DNA of 40,081 bases from an uncultured Planctomycetia bacterium (GTDB lineage: Bacteria; Planctomycetota; CAYHQZ01), in the NCBI GenBank assembly GCA_964358555.1, contig CAYHQZ010000003.1:1-40081 (forward strand), read 5' to 3'. Made by a program: the position numbers and the translations under genes. The notes beneath the pieces are model-generated. The model saw nothing but the letters and a program-made list of their open reading frames with translations, ran no database searches and was not told the DNA's origin. This document shows, piece after piece, positions 8,050-19,751 of this stretch (its first letter is position 1; each line of letters begins with the position of its first letter).

Positions 8050-9552
8050 ATGGGATCGCATCGTCGAATCGCTTTTTCGGAGTTGCTCCGCTCGGCGGGG
8101 ATTCCGTGCGTTTCCCTCGGCGATTCGAACGCATGGATCGAGGGGCTGGCGGATGACCACCGGCGGGTGAAGCCGGGCTTCCTGTTCGTCGCGAGGATCG
8201 GGTCCGTCGCCGACGGCGCCGCGTTCGCCTCCGACGCCGAATCCCGGGGGGCCGTGGCGATCGTCTCGGACCGGCCCTTGCCGGGCGCGCGCGTTCCCGT
8301 CGCGATCGTTCCCGATGCGGCCGACGCCCTGCGGGCCGTCGCGGACGCCTTCCATGATCGCCCGACGGACACGATCCGGCTCGTCGGGATCACGGGCACG
8401 AACGGCAAGACCACGACGGCCTATCTCGTCCAGTCGATTCTCGAGGCGCAGGGATGTCCCGCGGGCCTCATCGGCACCGTGACCTACCGCGTGGGAAAGG
8501 AGGAGCATCCCTCGGAGGCGACGACGCCGGGGATCCTGCGCCTGCGCGAGATTTTCTCCTTGATGCGCGACGCCGGGTGCCGATCCTGCGCGATGGAACT
8601 CTCCTCGCACGGCCTCGCCCAGGGGCGCCACCGCGGCCTGCCGCTGTCGGCCGGGGTCTTCACGAACCTCGCCCAGGACCACCTCGACTACCACAAGACG
8701 ATCGACGACTACCGCCGCGCGAAAAGGATCCTCTTCGAGTCGCTCGCCTCGACCTCCGCCGCGGTGTTGAACGCGCGCGACCCCGTCTCCGAGGAATACG
8801 CCCGATCGACCCGGGCGCGCGTCGTTCGGTTCGGCCTCGGGATCCCCGCCGACGTGACGGGGAGGATCCTCGAGGAGGGCGTCTCCGGGATGGTTGTCGG
8901 CGCCGTGGATTGCGAGGGGGAGGCGCGCCTCGAAAGCCCGCTCGTCGGGCGCTACAACGCGGAGAATCTCCTCGCCGCCGCCGCCGCCGCCCGCGCCATC
9001 GGGATTTCTTGGCGCGCGATCGAGGCGGGCGTCCGCGCCGTCGCATGCGTCCCGGGCCGGCTCGAGCCCGTGGACGAAGGCCAGCCCTTCCGGGTCCTCG
9101 TGGACTACGCCCATACGGAGGACGGGATCCGGAAGGTCCTCGAGGCCCTCCGGCCGATCACGCAAGGAAGGCTGCGGATCCTCTTCGGCTGCGGCGGGGA
9201 TCGTGACCGCACGAAGCGCCCGCGGATGGGCCGCGCCGCCGCGGAAGGCGCCGACGAGGTCTTCCTGACGTCCGACAACCCGCGGTCCGAGGACCCGGAC
9301 GCGATCCTCGACGAGGTTCTCGCGGGCGGCCCCTTCGCCGTCCCGTTCCGCCGGATCCCCGATCGCCGGATCGCGATCCGGGCCGCCGTCCGCGCCGCGC
9401 GCCCGGGCGACACGCTGATCCTCGCGGGCAAGGGCCACGAGCGGGTCCAGATCGTCGGCAACGCCTCCCTGCCGTTCGACGATCGCGAGGAGGCCCGGGC
9501 GGCGCTGCGCGAGGCGCTCGGGTCGTGCGCCGCCGCGAGGGGGGCCGCGTGA
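8050..9552 (+). CDS. murE: UDP-N-acetylmuramoyl-L-alanyl-D-glutamate--2,6-diaminopimelate ligase MurE
   Basis: It has the Mur ligase P-loop GITGTNGKTTT and a DNPR motif (TSDNPRSEDP), which is typical of meso-DAP-adding MurE. The dcw position fits. Confidence 0.9.
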   Translation: MGSHRRIAFSELLRSAGIPCVSLGDSNAWIEGLADDHRRVKPGFLFVARIGSVADGAAFASDAESRGAVAIVSDRPLPGARVPVAIVPDAADALRAVADAFHDRPTDTIRLVGITGTNGKTTTAYLVQSILEAQGCPAGLIGTVTYRVGKEEHPSEATTPGILRLREIFSLMRDAGCRSCAMELSSHGLAQGRHRGLPLSAGVFTNLAQDHLDYHKTIDDYRRAKRILFESLASTSAAVLNARDPVSEEYARSTRARVVRFGLGIPADVTGRILEEGVSGMVVGAVDCEGEARLESPLVGRYNAENLLAAAAAARAIGISWRAIEAGVRAVACVPGRLEPVDEGQPFRVLVDYAHTEDGIRKVLEALRPITQGRLRILFGCGGDRDRTKRPRMGRAAAEGADEVFLTSDNPRSEDPDAILDEVLAGGPFAVPFRRIPDRRIAIRAAVRAARPGDTLILAGKGHERVQIVGNASLPFDDREEARAALREALGSCAAARGAA

Positions 9553-10931
9553 GGGCGATCACCTTCTCGGAAATCGAAGGCCCGCTCGCCGCCGTCCGCG
9601 TCGTCTCCGGGCCCGAGGTCTTTCTCGGCGTCAGTACCGACACCCGGACGATCCGTCCCGGCCAGCTCTTCATCGCGCTCAAGGGCGAGCGCTTTGACGG
9701 CAGCGTCTACGCCCGCGAGGCCCTCTCGAAGGGGGCCGCCGGGATCGTCGTCGGGTCCGCCGTCGAGGGGATTGCGCCTGGGACCGCGACGGTCCTGCTC
9801 GTGGCCGATCCGCTTCGCGCCCTAGGCGACCTCGCCGCCTACGCCCGCGGCCTCATCCAATGCCAGGTCATCGGCGTGACGGGCTCGAACGGAAAGACCA
9901 CGACGAAGGACCTCCTCGCTCATTTCCTGTCGGGCCGATCCACCGTTTTCCGGACCCCTGGCAACGAGAACAATCCCGTGGGGCTTCCGCGCGCGGTCCT
10001 TTCGATAGGCGACGAGGCCTGGGCGGTCCTGGAGATGGGGATCAGCAAGTTTGGCGAGATGTCCCGGCTTTCGCGGATCGCGCGGCCCGACATCGCCGTG
10101 ATCACGAACATCGGCGACACGCACCTGGAATTCCTGCGCGATCGCGCCGGCGTCGCGCGGGCGAAGGGCGAGATCCTCGAGGGGCTCGATCACGGGGCCG
10201 TCCTCGTCGTGCCGGCGGACGACCCCCACGCGCGCTCGATTTCGGACCGCTTCGACGGCCGCGTCGTGACGTTTGGAGAGACCGAGGAATCCGACCTCCG
10301 GGCCGAGCGCATCGAGTCGGCGCCCGATGGCGTCCGGATTTCGATTGCCGGCGGGCCGGAGGTGAAGAGCCCGCTGCCCGGCAAGGCCCTCGCGCGGCTG
10401 GTCCTCGCCGCGATGGCGGCAGGACGCGAGGCGGGGCTAACGCTTCCCGAGATGGCCGAGCGGGCGGCGTCGTTTCGGATGCCGCCGCTCCGGATGGGCC
10501 TCGAGCAGATCGGCCGCGTCTCGGTCCTTGCGGACTGCTACAACGCGAACCCCTCCTCGATGGAGGCCTTCCTGCAGGAGATTCCGCGCCTGGCGGACGG
10601 GCGGAGGCTCGTCGCGGTGGTTGGGGACATGCTGGAACTCGGGCCGGAGGGGGAGGCCTTCCACCGGCGCCTCGGCGAGGAGGCGGCCGCCGCGAAGCCC
10701 GCCCTCCTCGTCGGCGTCGGCGACGCGATCCAGGCTCTCCTCGAGGCCGCGGGCGTTGCGGGGCTTTCGCCCGATTGCATCCGCCGATATCCGACGGCGG
10801 AGGAGGCGGCCGAGGGCCTGTGCGGGATCGTGCGGGCCGGGGACTTCGTTGCGCTCAAGGGATCGCGCCGGATGCGCCTGGAGCGCGTCGTCGAGGGACT
10901 GCGGGCGCGGATGGGGAACGGACATGCTTGA
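9549..10931 (+). CDS. murF: UDP-N-acetylmuramoyl-tripeptide--D-alanyl-D-alanine ligase MurF
   Basis: GTG 9549 overlaps the murE stop (GTGA); GTG 9525 is an alternative start. It has the P-loop GVTGSNGKTTTKD, and the dcw position fits. Confidence 0.85.
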   Translation: MRAITFSEIEGPLAAVRVVSGPEVFLGVSTDTRTIRPGQLFIALKGERFDGSVYAREALSKGAAGIVVGSAVEGIAPGTATVLLVADPLRALGDLAAYARGLIQCQVIGVTGSNGKTTTKDLLAHFLSGRSTVFRTPGNENNPVGLPRAVLSIGDEAWAVLEMGISKFGEMSRLSRIARPDIAVITNIGDTHLEFLRDRAGVARAKGEILEGLDHGAVLVVPADDPHARSISDRFDGRVVTFGETEESDLRAERIESAPDGVRISIAGGPEVKSPLPGKALARLVLAAMAAGREAGLTLPEMAERAASFRMPPLRMGLEQIGRVSVLADCYNANPSSMEAFLQEIPRLADGRRLVAVVGDMLELGPEGEAFHRRLGEEAAAAKPALLVGVGDAIQALLEAAGVAGLSPDCIRRYPTAEEAAEGLCGIVRAGDFVALKGSRRMRLERVVEGLRARMGNGHA

Positions 10932-12120
10932 GTGGCTCCTCGCTCCCCTCGCGGCGCACGCCTCCCCCGAGGGGCTCGGCCTGCTCTGGAAGGCGTTCCG
11001 GGTCCTGCGCTACCCGACGTTTCGGACCGCGATGGCGGCGCTCACGGCGTTCCTGCTGTGCGTCTTCCTTGGCCCGCGCGTGATCGCGTGGCTCCGGCGG
11101 ATGAAGGTGGCGGACCGCCCCGACGCCTGCCCGTCTGCGGAGATCCGGGACATCCACCAGGGGAAGGCCGACACCCCGACGATGGGGGGCGCCTTCATCG
11201 TGCCGGCGGTCGTCGCGACGGCGCTCTTATGGGCGAGGCCGTCCTTCCACGTCCTCCTCGCCGTCTTCACGCTCGTCGGCTTCGCCCTGCTCGGGGCGAT
11301 CGACGATCTGACGAAGCTGCTCCGGCTCGAGAGCCGCGGGATCAACATCGTCACGAAGCTCCTGATCCAGGGAACCCTCGCGGTCTGCGCCGGGACCGCG
11401 CTCTACTGGCATTCCACGACTCCGGCCCCGCCCGCCCCGGCCGCGATCGCTGCCGCCGCCGTGCCCGTCGCGCCGCCTGGCAGCCTCGACGCGCCCACGA
11501 CGCTCCGGTTCCCCTTCTTCAAGTCCTGGGGGCTCAATCTTGCGGTCCTGGGGGGAATCCCGTTCGTGCTGCTGGCCGCGCTCGTCGTTGTGTCCGCCTC
11601 GAACGCGGTGAACCTGACGGACGGCCTCGACGGCCTCGCCACGGGCCTCTTCATTCCGGTCGTGATCGCCCTCGGGGTTCTCGCGTTCGTGGCCGGCGAT
11701 CCCGGCCGGGCGCGCTACCTCTTCACCCCGTTCGTGCCGGGCGGGCACGAGGTGATGGTCCTGTGCGGCGCGCTGCTCGGGGCCGCCTTCGGCTTCTTGT
11801 GGTTCAACGCCCACCCGGCCCAGGTCTTCCTGGGGGACACGGGATCGCTCTCCCTCGGGGCCGTCGTGGGGCTCGTCGCCGTGATGGTGCGCCAGGAGCT
11901 CCTACTGCTCCTGCTCGCCGGGGTCTTCGTCGCGGAGGCGCTCTCGGTCGTTTTGCAGGTCGCCTCCTTCCGGCTGTCGGGGAAACGGATCTTCCGGTGC
12001 GCGCCTTTGCACCACCACTTCCAGCTCGGGGGCCTGCCCGAGACGGTCGTGACCGCTCGCTTCTGGATCGTCGGGGGGCTGCTCATGATGCTCGCCCTCT
12101 CGACGCTGAAATTGAGGTAG
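10924..12120 (+). CDS. mraY: Phospho-N-acetylmuramoyl-pentapeptide transferase MraY
   Basis: ATG 10924 overlaps the end of murF. The protein is polytopic, with the motifs NAVNLTDGLDGLA and PLHHHF. The upstream part of track ORF 10528.. is murF read out of frame. Confidence 0.9.
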   Translation: MLEWLLAPLAAHASPEGLGLLWKAFRVLRYPTFRTAMAALTAFLLCVFLGPRVIAWLRRMKVADRPDACPSAEIRDIHQGKADTPTMGGAFIVPAVVATALLWARPSFHVLLAVFTLVGFALLGAIDDLTKLLRLESRGINIVTKLLIQGTLAVCAGTALYWHSTTPAPPAPAAIAAAAVPVAPPGSLDAPTTLRFPFFKSWGLNLAVLGGIPFVLLAALVVVSASNAVNLTDGLDGLATGLFIPVVIALGVLAFVAGDPGRARYLFTPFVPGGHEVMVLCGALLGAAFGFLWFNAHPAQVFLGDTGSLSLGAVVGLVAVMVRQELLLLLLAGVFVAEALSVVLQVASFRLSGKRIFRCAPLHHHFQLGGLPETVVTARFWIVGGLLMMLALSTLKLR

Positions 12121-12124
12121 CGAG

Positions 12125-13300
12125 ATGCCCGCGCCCCTCGAGTCCTCCCTGCCCGACGCCGCGGCCTGCGCCCGCTGGATCCCGCGCGCCGCGATCGTGC
12201 TTCTCGGGCTCGGGCTTCTTCTGATCCATTCCGGCGCGGCGGCGCCCGCGCTCGCCGAGGGGCCGGGGTCTCCCTTCTTCCAGAAGCAGCTTGCCTACGC
12301 CATCGCGGGGCTCCTCCTGATGGGGCTGGCCGCCGTCGTCCCCCCGAGGCTCTGGCGCGCCGCGGCGCCCGGGCTCCTGGCCGCCTCCGCCCTCATCCTC
12401 GTCGCGGTCCTCGCGCCGGGGGTGGGGGCGACCGTGAACGGGGCCCGTCGGTGGTTTCGGCTCGGGGGCTGGTCGATCCAGCCTTCCGAGTTCGCCCGGA
12501 TTATGCTCGTGCTGGGGCTGGCGGCCACGGTCGCCTGGACGGATACGAAGGGTGCGTTCGCCCGGACATTTTTGCCCGCCGGCCTCGTCGTGGGGTTTGC
12601 CGGCCTCGTCGTGGTCGAGCCGGACGTTGGCGGGGCGCTCCTGATTGGGGCCGTCGGCGTCTGGACGCTCTGGGTCGCAGGAAGGACGTTCGCCGTGGGC
12701 GTGCTGTCGGCCGGGGCGCTGGCGCTGCCCGCGGTCGCGTTTCTGCCCGGCTTCGAGCACGTCCGGACGCGAATCCAGATTTTCCTGAACCCCGAGGCCG
12801 ACCCGCTCGGGCGGGGCTACCAGATCGTCCAGTCGATCGGTGCGATTGCCTCGGGCGGCTGGACGGGGGTCGGGCTCGGGGAGGGGATGGCGCGGCACGG
12901 ATACCTGCCCGAACACGAGACGGACTTCCTCTTCGCGACGCTCACCCAGGAACTGGGCTTCATCGGGGCGGCGGCGGCGCTGATGCTCGCGCTCGGGATC
13001 GTGGGGCTGTGCCTCGCGACGGCCGCGCGCGCCAAGGATCGGTTCGGCGCGCTTCTCGCGGCCGGGGTGGGGGCCGCGTTCGGGACCGCCGCCGCGCTCA
13101 ATGTCGGCGTCGTGTGCGGGGTCCTGCCCCCCAAGGGGCTTGCCTTTCCGCTCCTGTCCTACGGCGGGTCCTCGCTCGTCGCCATGATGCTCGGGCTCGG
13201 GCTCGTCGTGTCCGTCGCGCAGGAAGCCGCGCGCGCCTTCGAGGCCGGCGCCGGCGCCAATACGGTCCCGGCGGGCGTTCCCGGGGAGGCCTTGCCGTGA
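12125..13300 (+). CDS. ftsW: SEDS-family peptidoglycan polymerase FtsW
   Basis: The protein is polytopic, with motifs IQPSEFARI and PPKGLAFPLLSYGGSS. It follows mraY directly, with no murD in between. Confidence 0.8.
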   Translation: MPAPLESSLPDAAACARWIPRAAIVLLGLGLLLIHSGAAAPALAEGPGSPFFQKQLAYAIAGLLLMGLAAVVPPRLWRAAAPGLLAASALILVAVLAPGVGATVNGARRWFRLGGWSIQPSEFARIMLVLGLAATVAWTDTKGAFARTFLPAGLVVGFAGLVVVEPDVGGALLIGAVGVWTLWVAGRTFAVGVLSAGALALPAVAFLPGFEHVRTRIQIFLNPEADPLGRGYQIVQSIGAIASGGWTGVGLGEGMARHGYLPEHETDFLFATLTQELGFIGAAAALMLALGIVGLCLATAARAKDRFGALLAAGVGAAFGTAAALNVGVVCGVLPPKGLAFPLLSYGGSSLVAMMLGLGLVVSVAQEAARAFEAGAGANTVPAGVPGEALP

Positions 13301-14394
13301 ACGGACCCTGCGTCGCCCTCGCCGTCTCCGGGACCGGCGGGCATCTCTTTCCGGGACTCGCGCTCGCGGAGGAGATCCGGCGCCGCCGCCCGGACGCGCG
13401 GATCCTGTTCTTCTCGAGCGGCCGGCCGCTGGAGACCGAGGTCTTAGGCTCGCTGGGTTTCGATCGCGTGGACCTGCCGCGGATCGAGCGGCCCTCGGGG
13501 GTTCGCGGCGCGGCGGCCCTCGCGACGGGCCTTCCGCGAGCGGCCATCCGGGCCTCGAGGGCGATGAAGCGGGAGCGCGTCCGCGCTTTCGTCGGCCTCG
13601 GGGGGGGCTCGACCCTGATCCCGGCGCTTGCGGCCTGGCGGCGCGGGATCCCGGTGGGGCTGCTCGAGCAGAACGCCCGCCCCGGCTGGACGACCCGGAT
13701 GCTCTCGAGGCTCGCCGCCTGGGTCGTGACGCAATGGCCGGACACGGAGTCGGCCTTTCCCCGACCGAGCCGCGTCCACGCGGACGGAAACCCCCTTCGC
13801 AACGCGATTCTCGAGGGCGTGCGCGCGGATCCCGCGTCGCTTGGTCTTTTGCCGGGCCGGCGGACGATCCTCGTCCTCGGCGGAAGCCAGGGCGCCCGGG
13901 GCCTGAACCTGATGGTCGAGGAGGCGCTTCCCGACCTCGCTTCCTGCGCCGGATCCCTTCAGTTCTTCCACGTGTCCGGGGGCAGCGACCTGGAGCGGGT
14001 CCGGAAGGCCTATGGTGCCGCCGGCCTTCGCGCCATCGTCGCCGCCTTCCGGACGGACATGGCGTCGCTCTACGCCGCCTCCGACCTCGTCGTCACGAGG
14101 GCGGGCGGCACCACGCTGGCGGAGATCGCGTTCTTCGGGCGGCCCGCGATCCTCGTTCCGTTCCCGGCCGCCGCGGACGATCACCAGACCGAGAACGCCC
14201 GTCGCTTCGCCGCCCTCGGCGGGGCCGACGTCGTGACCCAAGCCCCCGGTGCGGGCGCCCGCCTGGCAACCCTCGTGAAGGAGGCACTTGATGATTCCGA
14301 CGGACTCGAGCGGCGCGCGCGCGCCAGCCGGGGGTTTCACCGCCCCGATGCCCGTGCGCGAATCGCCGACCGGATCCTCGCCGCCGTGGCTTGA
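13297..14394 (+). CDS. murG: UDP-N-acetylglucosamine--N-acetylmuramyl-(pentapeptide) pyrophosphoryl-undecaprenol GlcNAc transferase MurG
   Basis: GTG 13297 overlaps the ftsW stop (GTGA). The N-terminus is SGTGGHLFPGLALAEE, with C-terminal TRAGGTTLAE and HQTENA motifs. Confidence 0.85.
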   Translation: MNGPCVALAVSGTGGHLFPGLALAEEIRRRRPDARILFFSSGRPLETEVLGSLGFDRVDLPRIERPSGVRGAAALATGLPRAAIRASRAMKRERVRAFVGLGGGSTLIPALAAWRRGIPVGLLEQNARPGWTTRMLSRLAAWVVTQWPDTESAFPRPSRVHADGNPLRNAILEGVRADPASLGLLPGRRTILVLGGSQGARGLNLMVEEALPDLASCAGSLQFFHVSGGSDLERVRKAYGAAGLRAIVAAFRTDMASLYAASDLVVTRAGGTTLAEIAFFGRPAILVPFPAAADDHQTENARRFAALGGADVVTQAPGAGARLATLVKEALDDSDGLERRARASRGFHRPDARARIADRILAAVA

Positions 14395-15799
14395 GTGCTC
14401 TCGCTCGATCCACCTGGTCGGCATCGGCGGGATGGGCATGGCGGGGCTCGCCCAGGTCCTGCTGGACCGGGGCCACCGGGTCACCGGCGAGGATCTCTTC
14501 GATTCCCCCCGGACGAGGGCCCTCGCCGCCCTCGGGATTCCCCTCGAAACGGGGCGGGCCGGAAGACTGCCCGCGCGCTCGGCCGCCGTTGTCGCCTCCG
14601 CGGCCGTTCCCGCCGGCCATCCCGCGATCGACGAGGCCGTTGCCCGCGGCCTGCCCGTCCTCAAGTATGCGCGCGCCGTCGCCGAGGTCGTTCGCGGACG
14701 GCACCTCCTGGCCGTCGCCGGGACCCACGGCAAGACGACGACGACGGCCTGGATCGCGCACATGCTCCGCCTTGCAGGCCTCGAGCCCGGATGGATCATC
14801 GGCGGCGAGCCCGTGGACCTCGGCCGCTCCGGGGCGCTCGGCGCCGGGCCCGACTTTGCGCTCGAGGCCTGCGAGTACGACCGGTCCTTCCTCTCCTACG
14901 AGCCCTCCATCGCCGTCGTCACGAACGTGGACGCCGACCACCTCGACGTCTACGGGACCCTGGACGCCCTCCGGGAGGCGTTCGCCTGCTTCCTCGGGCG
15001 GGTTGTCGCGGGCGGGGCCGCGATCGTCTGCGCCGACGACCCCGCGGCGGCGGGGCTTCGGGTGCCCGCGCTCGTCCGCCGCGTCTCCTACGGCCTCCTG
15101 GAGGGAGCCCAGGTCCGCGGAGAGGCGGTCCCGGGCGAGCGGCCGGGCGAGACGGCGATTCGCATTCCCTCCCTCGGCGTCCTCCCTGTCCGCCTCCCGG
15201 GCCTGCACAACGCCCGGAACGCCCTCGCGGTCCTCGCGACCGCGCGCGCCCTCGGCCTGCCCGACGCGGCGGCGGCTGCTGCGATCGAGACCTTCCGCGG
15301 GGTCCGGCGCCGGTTCGAGTTCCTCGGGGACGCTTCCGGCGTGACCTGGATCAACGACTACGGCCACCACCCGACGGAAATCCGCGCGACGGCGGAGTCC
15401 GCGCGCGCGCGGTTCCCGGGGCGCCGCCTGCTCGCCTTCTTCCAGCCCCACCAGCGCCACCGGACGATCGCGCTCTTCGACGCCTTCGCGGAGGCCCTCG
15501 GCGCCTTCGACAGCGTCGCGGTCGGGGAGATCTACGGGGCGCGCGAGAGCGCCGCAGGCGACGGCTCGCTCGAGACGGATCTTGCGCGGGCCTCGACCCG
15601 GCGCGGCTGCCCCCGGGCCGTCCACCGGCCCGGGCTCGAGGGCATCGCATGGCTTCGCGACGAGGCGCGTCCGGGCGACGTTGCGATCCTGCTGGGGGCG
15701 GGCGACGTGGGGGACCGGATCGAGGAGGTAGGCAGGGTGGCCGGCTTCATCGGCGAGGCGGCGGGGGAGGCGCGCGCGGTGGGCGCGGGGGCCGCATGA
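14348..15799 (+). CDS. murC: UDP-N-acetylmuramate--L-alanine ligase MurC (start uncertain: 14348, 14291 or 14288)
   Basis: Motifs seen: HLVGIGGMGMAGLAQVL and GTHGKTTTTA. All candidate starts overlap the 3' end of murG. Confidence 0.85.
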   Translation: MPVRESPTGSSPPWLECSRSIHLVGIGGMGMAGLAQVLLDRGHRVTGEDLFDSPRTRALAALGIPLETGRAGRLPARSAAVVASAAVPAGHPAIDEAVARGLPVLKYARAVAEVVRGRHLLAVAGTHGKTTTTAWIAHMLRLAGLEPGWIIGGEPVDLGRSGALGAGPDFALEACEYDRSFLSYEPSIAVVTNVDADHLDVYGTLDALREAFACFLGRVVAGGAAIVCADDPAAAGLRVPALVRRVSYGLLEGAQVRGEAVPGERPGETAIRIPSLGVLPVRLPGLHNARNALAVLATARALGLPDAAAAAAIETFRGVRRRFEFLGDASGVTWINDYGHHPTEIRATAESARARFPGRRLLAFFQPHQRHRTIALFDAFAEALGAFDSVAVGEIYGARESAAGDGSLETDLARASTRRGCPRAVHRPGLEGIAWLRDEARPGDVAILLGAGDVGDRIEEVGRVAGFIGEAAGEARAVGAGAA

Positions 15800-16692
15800 A
15801 CGCGACCGTGGCGACGCTCGCCGAACGGATGGCGGAGACCTTCCCGTTCGTCCGGCTCGAAGAGCCCCTCGCGCCCCGCACCCGCCTCGGGGTCGGGGGT
15901 TGCGCGGAGATTTTCGCGGAGCCCCCGACGTTCGAGGACCTGCGGGCGTTCGTCCGCGAGGCGACCGCCGCGGGGCTGGGGCTTCGCGTCCTGGGGGGCG
16001 GGACGAACCTGCTGGTCTCAGACGAGGGCGTGCGCGGCGCGGTTATCTCGCTGGCGCGCTTCAATCCCCTCCGCCGCGACGGGGATCGCGTCTTCGTCGG
16101 CGCCGGGGTGCGATTGCAGGAGATCGTGATCCGTTCGATTCCCTGGGGGCTCTCGGGCCTGCACCGGCTTGCGGGCGTTCCCGGCACCGTCGGCGGGGCG
16201 ATTCGGATGAACGCCGGGGGGCGCTACGGCGAGATCGGGGGCTTCGTCCGTTCCCTGGACGTCCTCCACCCCGACGGCGGCGTCGAGACGATCGGGCCGG
16301 ACCGTTTCGGGTTCTCCTACCGCCAGGGCCGCTTCCCGGGGCTGTGCATCGTCGGCGCCGAGCTGGAACTTTCGCCGGGGGACCGCTTCGCCTTGCGCGC
16401 GGAGTACGACGAGATCCTTTGCCAGAAGCGCCAGACGCAGCCCTACCACGACCAGAGCGCGGGCTGCATGTTCAAGAATCCCACGGGGGCCTCGGCGGGC
16501 CAGCTCATCGACCAGACGGGGCTGAAAGGCAGCCGGATCGGCGGGGCGTCCGTGAGCCGGGTCCATGCGAATTTCATCGTTACCAGCGCGGAGGCGACGG
16601 CGGAGGACGTCTTCCGTCTTGCCGATCAGGTCCAGTCGGAGGTGGAGCGCCGCTTCGGCGTCCGCCTCGAAAGGGAGGTGCAGGCATGGTGA
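15796..16692 (+). CDS. murB: UDP-N-acetylenolpyruvoylglucosamine reductase MurB
   Basis: ATG 15796 overlaps the murC stop (ATGA). Motifs seen: FAD-binding GGGTNLLVSDEG, and GCMFKNP. Confidence 0.85.
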   Translation: MNATVATLAERMAETFPFVRLEEPLAPRTRLGVGGCAEIFAEPPTFEDLRAFVREATAAGLGLRVLGGGTNLLVSDEGVRGAVISLARFNPLRRDGDRVFVGAGVRLQEIVIRSIPWGLSGLHRLAGVPGTVGGAIRMNAGGRYGEIGGFVRSLDVLHPDGGVETIGPDRFGFSYRQGRFPGLCIVGAELELSPGDRFALRAEYDEILCQKRQTQPYHDQSAGCMFKNPTGASAGQLIDQTGLKGSRIGGASVSRVHANFIVTSAEATAEDVFRLADQVQSEVERRFGVRLEREVQAW

Positions 16693-17627
16693 AGTGGTTC
16701 CGACGGAGCGGCCGGGCCCGTAGCGGCTCCGGCGCTTGGAAGACTTTTCTTGTCCGGGCGGTCGCGGCCGTCCCGTTCGGGGCGATTCTCATGATCCTCG
16801 CGGTCGGCCTGTTCGCGAGCGTTCATGCCTACCTGTCCGCCTGGGCGGAGGGCCGTTCCGAATTCCGTTTTGAGCGCGTTCCCATCCAGATTGCATCCCT
16901 TCCGGACTGGGCGCCGCGGGGCCTGGAGAAGGATCTGGCGCCCTGTGTGGAGCCGCCGAAGGGTACGGGCCTCTTCACGCCCGGGGTCCTGGATCGTGTC
17001 CGCGTCCAGGTCGCCTCCTCCCCGTGGGTCGAATCCGTGGCGTCCGTCCGGGCGCTCTATCCGAACCGGATCGAGGTGGACCTGATCCTGCGGGAGCCCG
17101 CCGCCTACGTGACCGATCCGACGGGCGGCCACATCCTCATCGACGCCGCGGCCGTCCGGCTGCCCGACATGCGCCTTCCCTACCGGCGCAACTCACTGAA
17201 CCTGCCGCGGATCGACGGGGGCCGCCCGCGGGCCCCGTCCGAGGGGGCGGGCTACGCGGACGCCGCGATCCGGGAGGCCGCCTCCCTTGCCGCGCGCCTT
17301 GACAAGGTCGAGCCTCCGGTGCGGTCGCTTCGCATCGTCTCGATCGACGTCCGATCGTTTCCGTCCACCGGCCAGATCGCGCTCTGGACGGGCGACGGCT
17401 GCTGCATCCAGTGGGGCAGGATTTCCGGCGATCCGTCCAGGCCCGCGCCCGGCCGCTCGGCCCGGGGGACCGCGGCGCTCCTCGAGCCCGTCTCGGAGGC
17501 GCGCAAGGTCGAGATCCTCCGCTACTGGGCGGTCCGGTCCGGCTTCTCGGGGCTGGCCTCGATCAATGTCGGGGTGACCCCGCCGATCGTGAAATACAAG
17601 AACGAGACGCTGGGTGCCATTCCCTAG
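16686..17627 (+). CDS. ftsQ: FtsQ-like cell division protein (transmembrane anchor plus POTRA-like periplasmic region)
   Basis: ATG 16686 overlaps the end of murB. There is a basic N-terminus and a single transmembrane segment (AVPFGAILMILAVGLFA). The call rests mainly on position and topology. Confidence 0.55.
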   Translation: MVKWFRRSGRARSGSGAWKTFLVRAVAAVPFGAILMILAVGLFASVHAYLSAWAEGRSEFRFERVPIQIASLPDWAPRGLEKDLAPCVEPPKGTGLFTPGVLDRVRVQVASSPWVESVASVRALYPNRIEVDLILREPAAYVTDPTGGHILIDAAAVRLPDMRLPYRRNSLNLPRIDGGRPRAPSEGAGYADAAIREAASLAARLDKVEPPVRSLRIVSIDVRSFPSTGQIALWTGDGCCIQWGRISGDPSRPAPGRSARGTAALLEPVSEARKVEILRYWAVRSGFSGLASINVGVTPPIVKYKNETLGAIP

Positions 17628-18193
17628 GCATTTCCCCGTGCGCATCCCCCTCGCCTTCGCCGTGGCGGCGTCCGCCCTCTTTGCGTCCGCCCTCCTCGGG
17701 CCGGGCCTGCCGGGCCAGGAGGGGCGGCCCGGGCCGGGGGCCGAATTGATGTCGGGCCTGATCGCCGTCGAGTTTCTCTTCCTTTCCTGGTTTGCCTTCC
17801 TGGCTCCGGCGGGAGGCGAGGTCCGCGCGGCCGCCGCCTGCTTCGCGATCGGCATTCCCGCCGCCGCCGCCGCCGCGCCGCTGGCCGGCTGGACCCCGGG
17901 ACGGTTGTTCGCCGCGGAGGGGCTGCTGCTGCTCGGGGTCCTCTCGACGGCCGCCTGGGCCGCCGCCGGGCGCGCGCTGGGCCGCGACCTCGGGGCGTCT
18001 CGCGCCGCGATCCTCTTCTGCGCGCAGGCGGGTCCGTTCGCGGCGGCCTTCCTTATGGAGTCCGCGCTGTCCTCCGTCGGGTCGGCGTTGCCGGATCCCG
18101 ATCTCGTGCGCGCGATGTCGCCCTACGAGGGGATCCGGGCCGTGGCCGCCGGCAAGGCCGCCTTCCTGGCGCCGCTGCTCTTCCTCCAGGGCT

Positions 18194-19456
<1,263 letters not shown>

Positions 19457-19457
19457 G

Positions 19458-19751
19458 TCAGATCCTTTCGGCGCCGAGCGGCATCCCCGGCCCGCCTCTC
19501 GGCTTCGGCGGGCGGGCCTCGCGGACGTCCACGGGGCGATCGTGGATGGTCTGCTGGTTCAGGGTCTCGATGGCCTTCCGGGCGTTCTCGTCCGAGTCCA
19601 TCTCGACGAAGGCGAAGCCGCGGGACAGCCCCGAGACGTGGTCGGTGATGATCTTGACCGAGCTCACGGCCCCGCACCGTTCGAACAGGGCCCGGATCTC
19701 GTCCTCCGTCGCCTGGAGGGAAAGGTTTCCGACGTAGATTCTCCGTGTCAT
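19458..19751 (-). CDS. RRM (RNP-1/RNP-2) type RNA-binding protein
   Basis: It has RNP-2 IYVGNL and RNP-1 RGFAFVEM, with a short Gly/Pro/Arg tail. GGAGG lies 8 nt upstream of the ATG. Confidence 0.85.
   Translation of the reverse strand: MTRRIYVGNLSLQATEDEIRALFERCGAVSSVKIITDHVSGLSRGFAFVEMDSDENARKAIETLNQQTIHDRPVDVREARPPKPRGGPGMPLGAERI

Noticed and set aside
5924-15625. A series of long minus-strand ORFs across ftsI, murE, mraY/ftsW, murG and murC: 5924-7576, 7996-9438, 12083-12916, 13444-14799 and 14093-15625.
   Set aside because: Each is codon-aligned with the dcw gene it overlaps (checked by mod-3 arithmetic). None has recognisable motifs. The Mur ligase, PBP and SEDS motifs are all on the plus strand.
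932-16692. Many same-strand, off-frame ORFs with Arg/Pro/Gly/Ser-rich products (for example 1670-3118, 2592-4193, 9860-11083, 10932-12224). Also the long 5' extensions of track ORFs for ftsI, mraY, murG, murB and ftsQ.
   Set aside because: These are off-frame translations of GC-rich coding sequence. The true starts of the downstream dcw genes are set by ATGA/GTGA-type overlaps with the preceding stop and by where recognisable N-terminal motifs begin.
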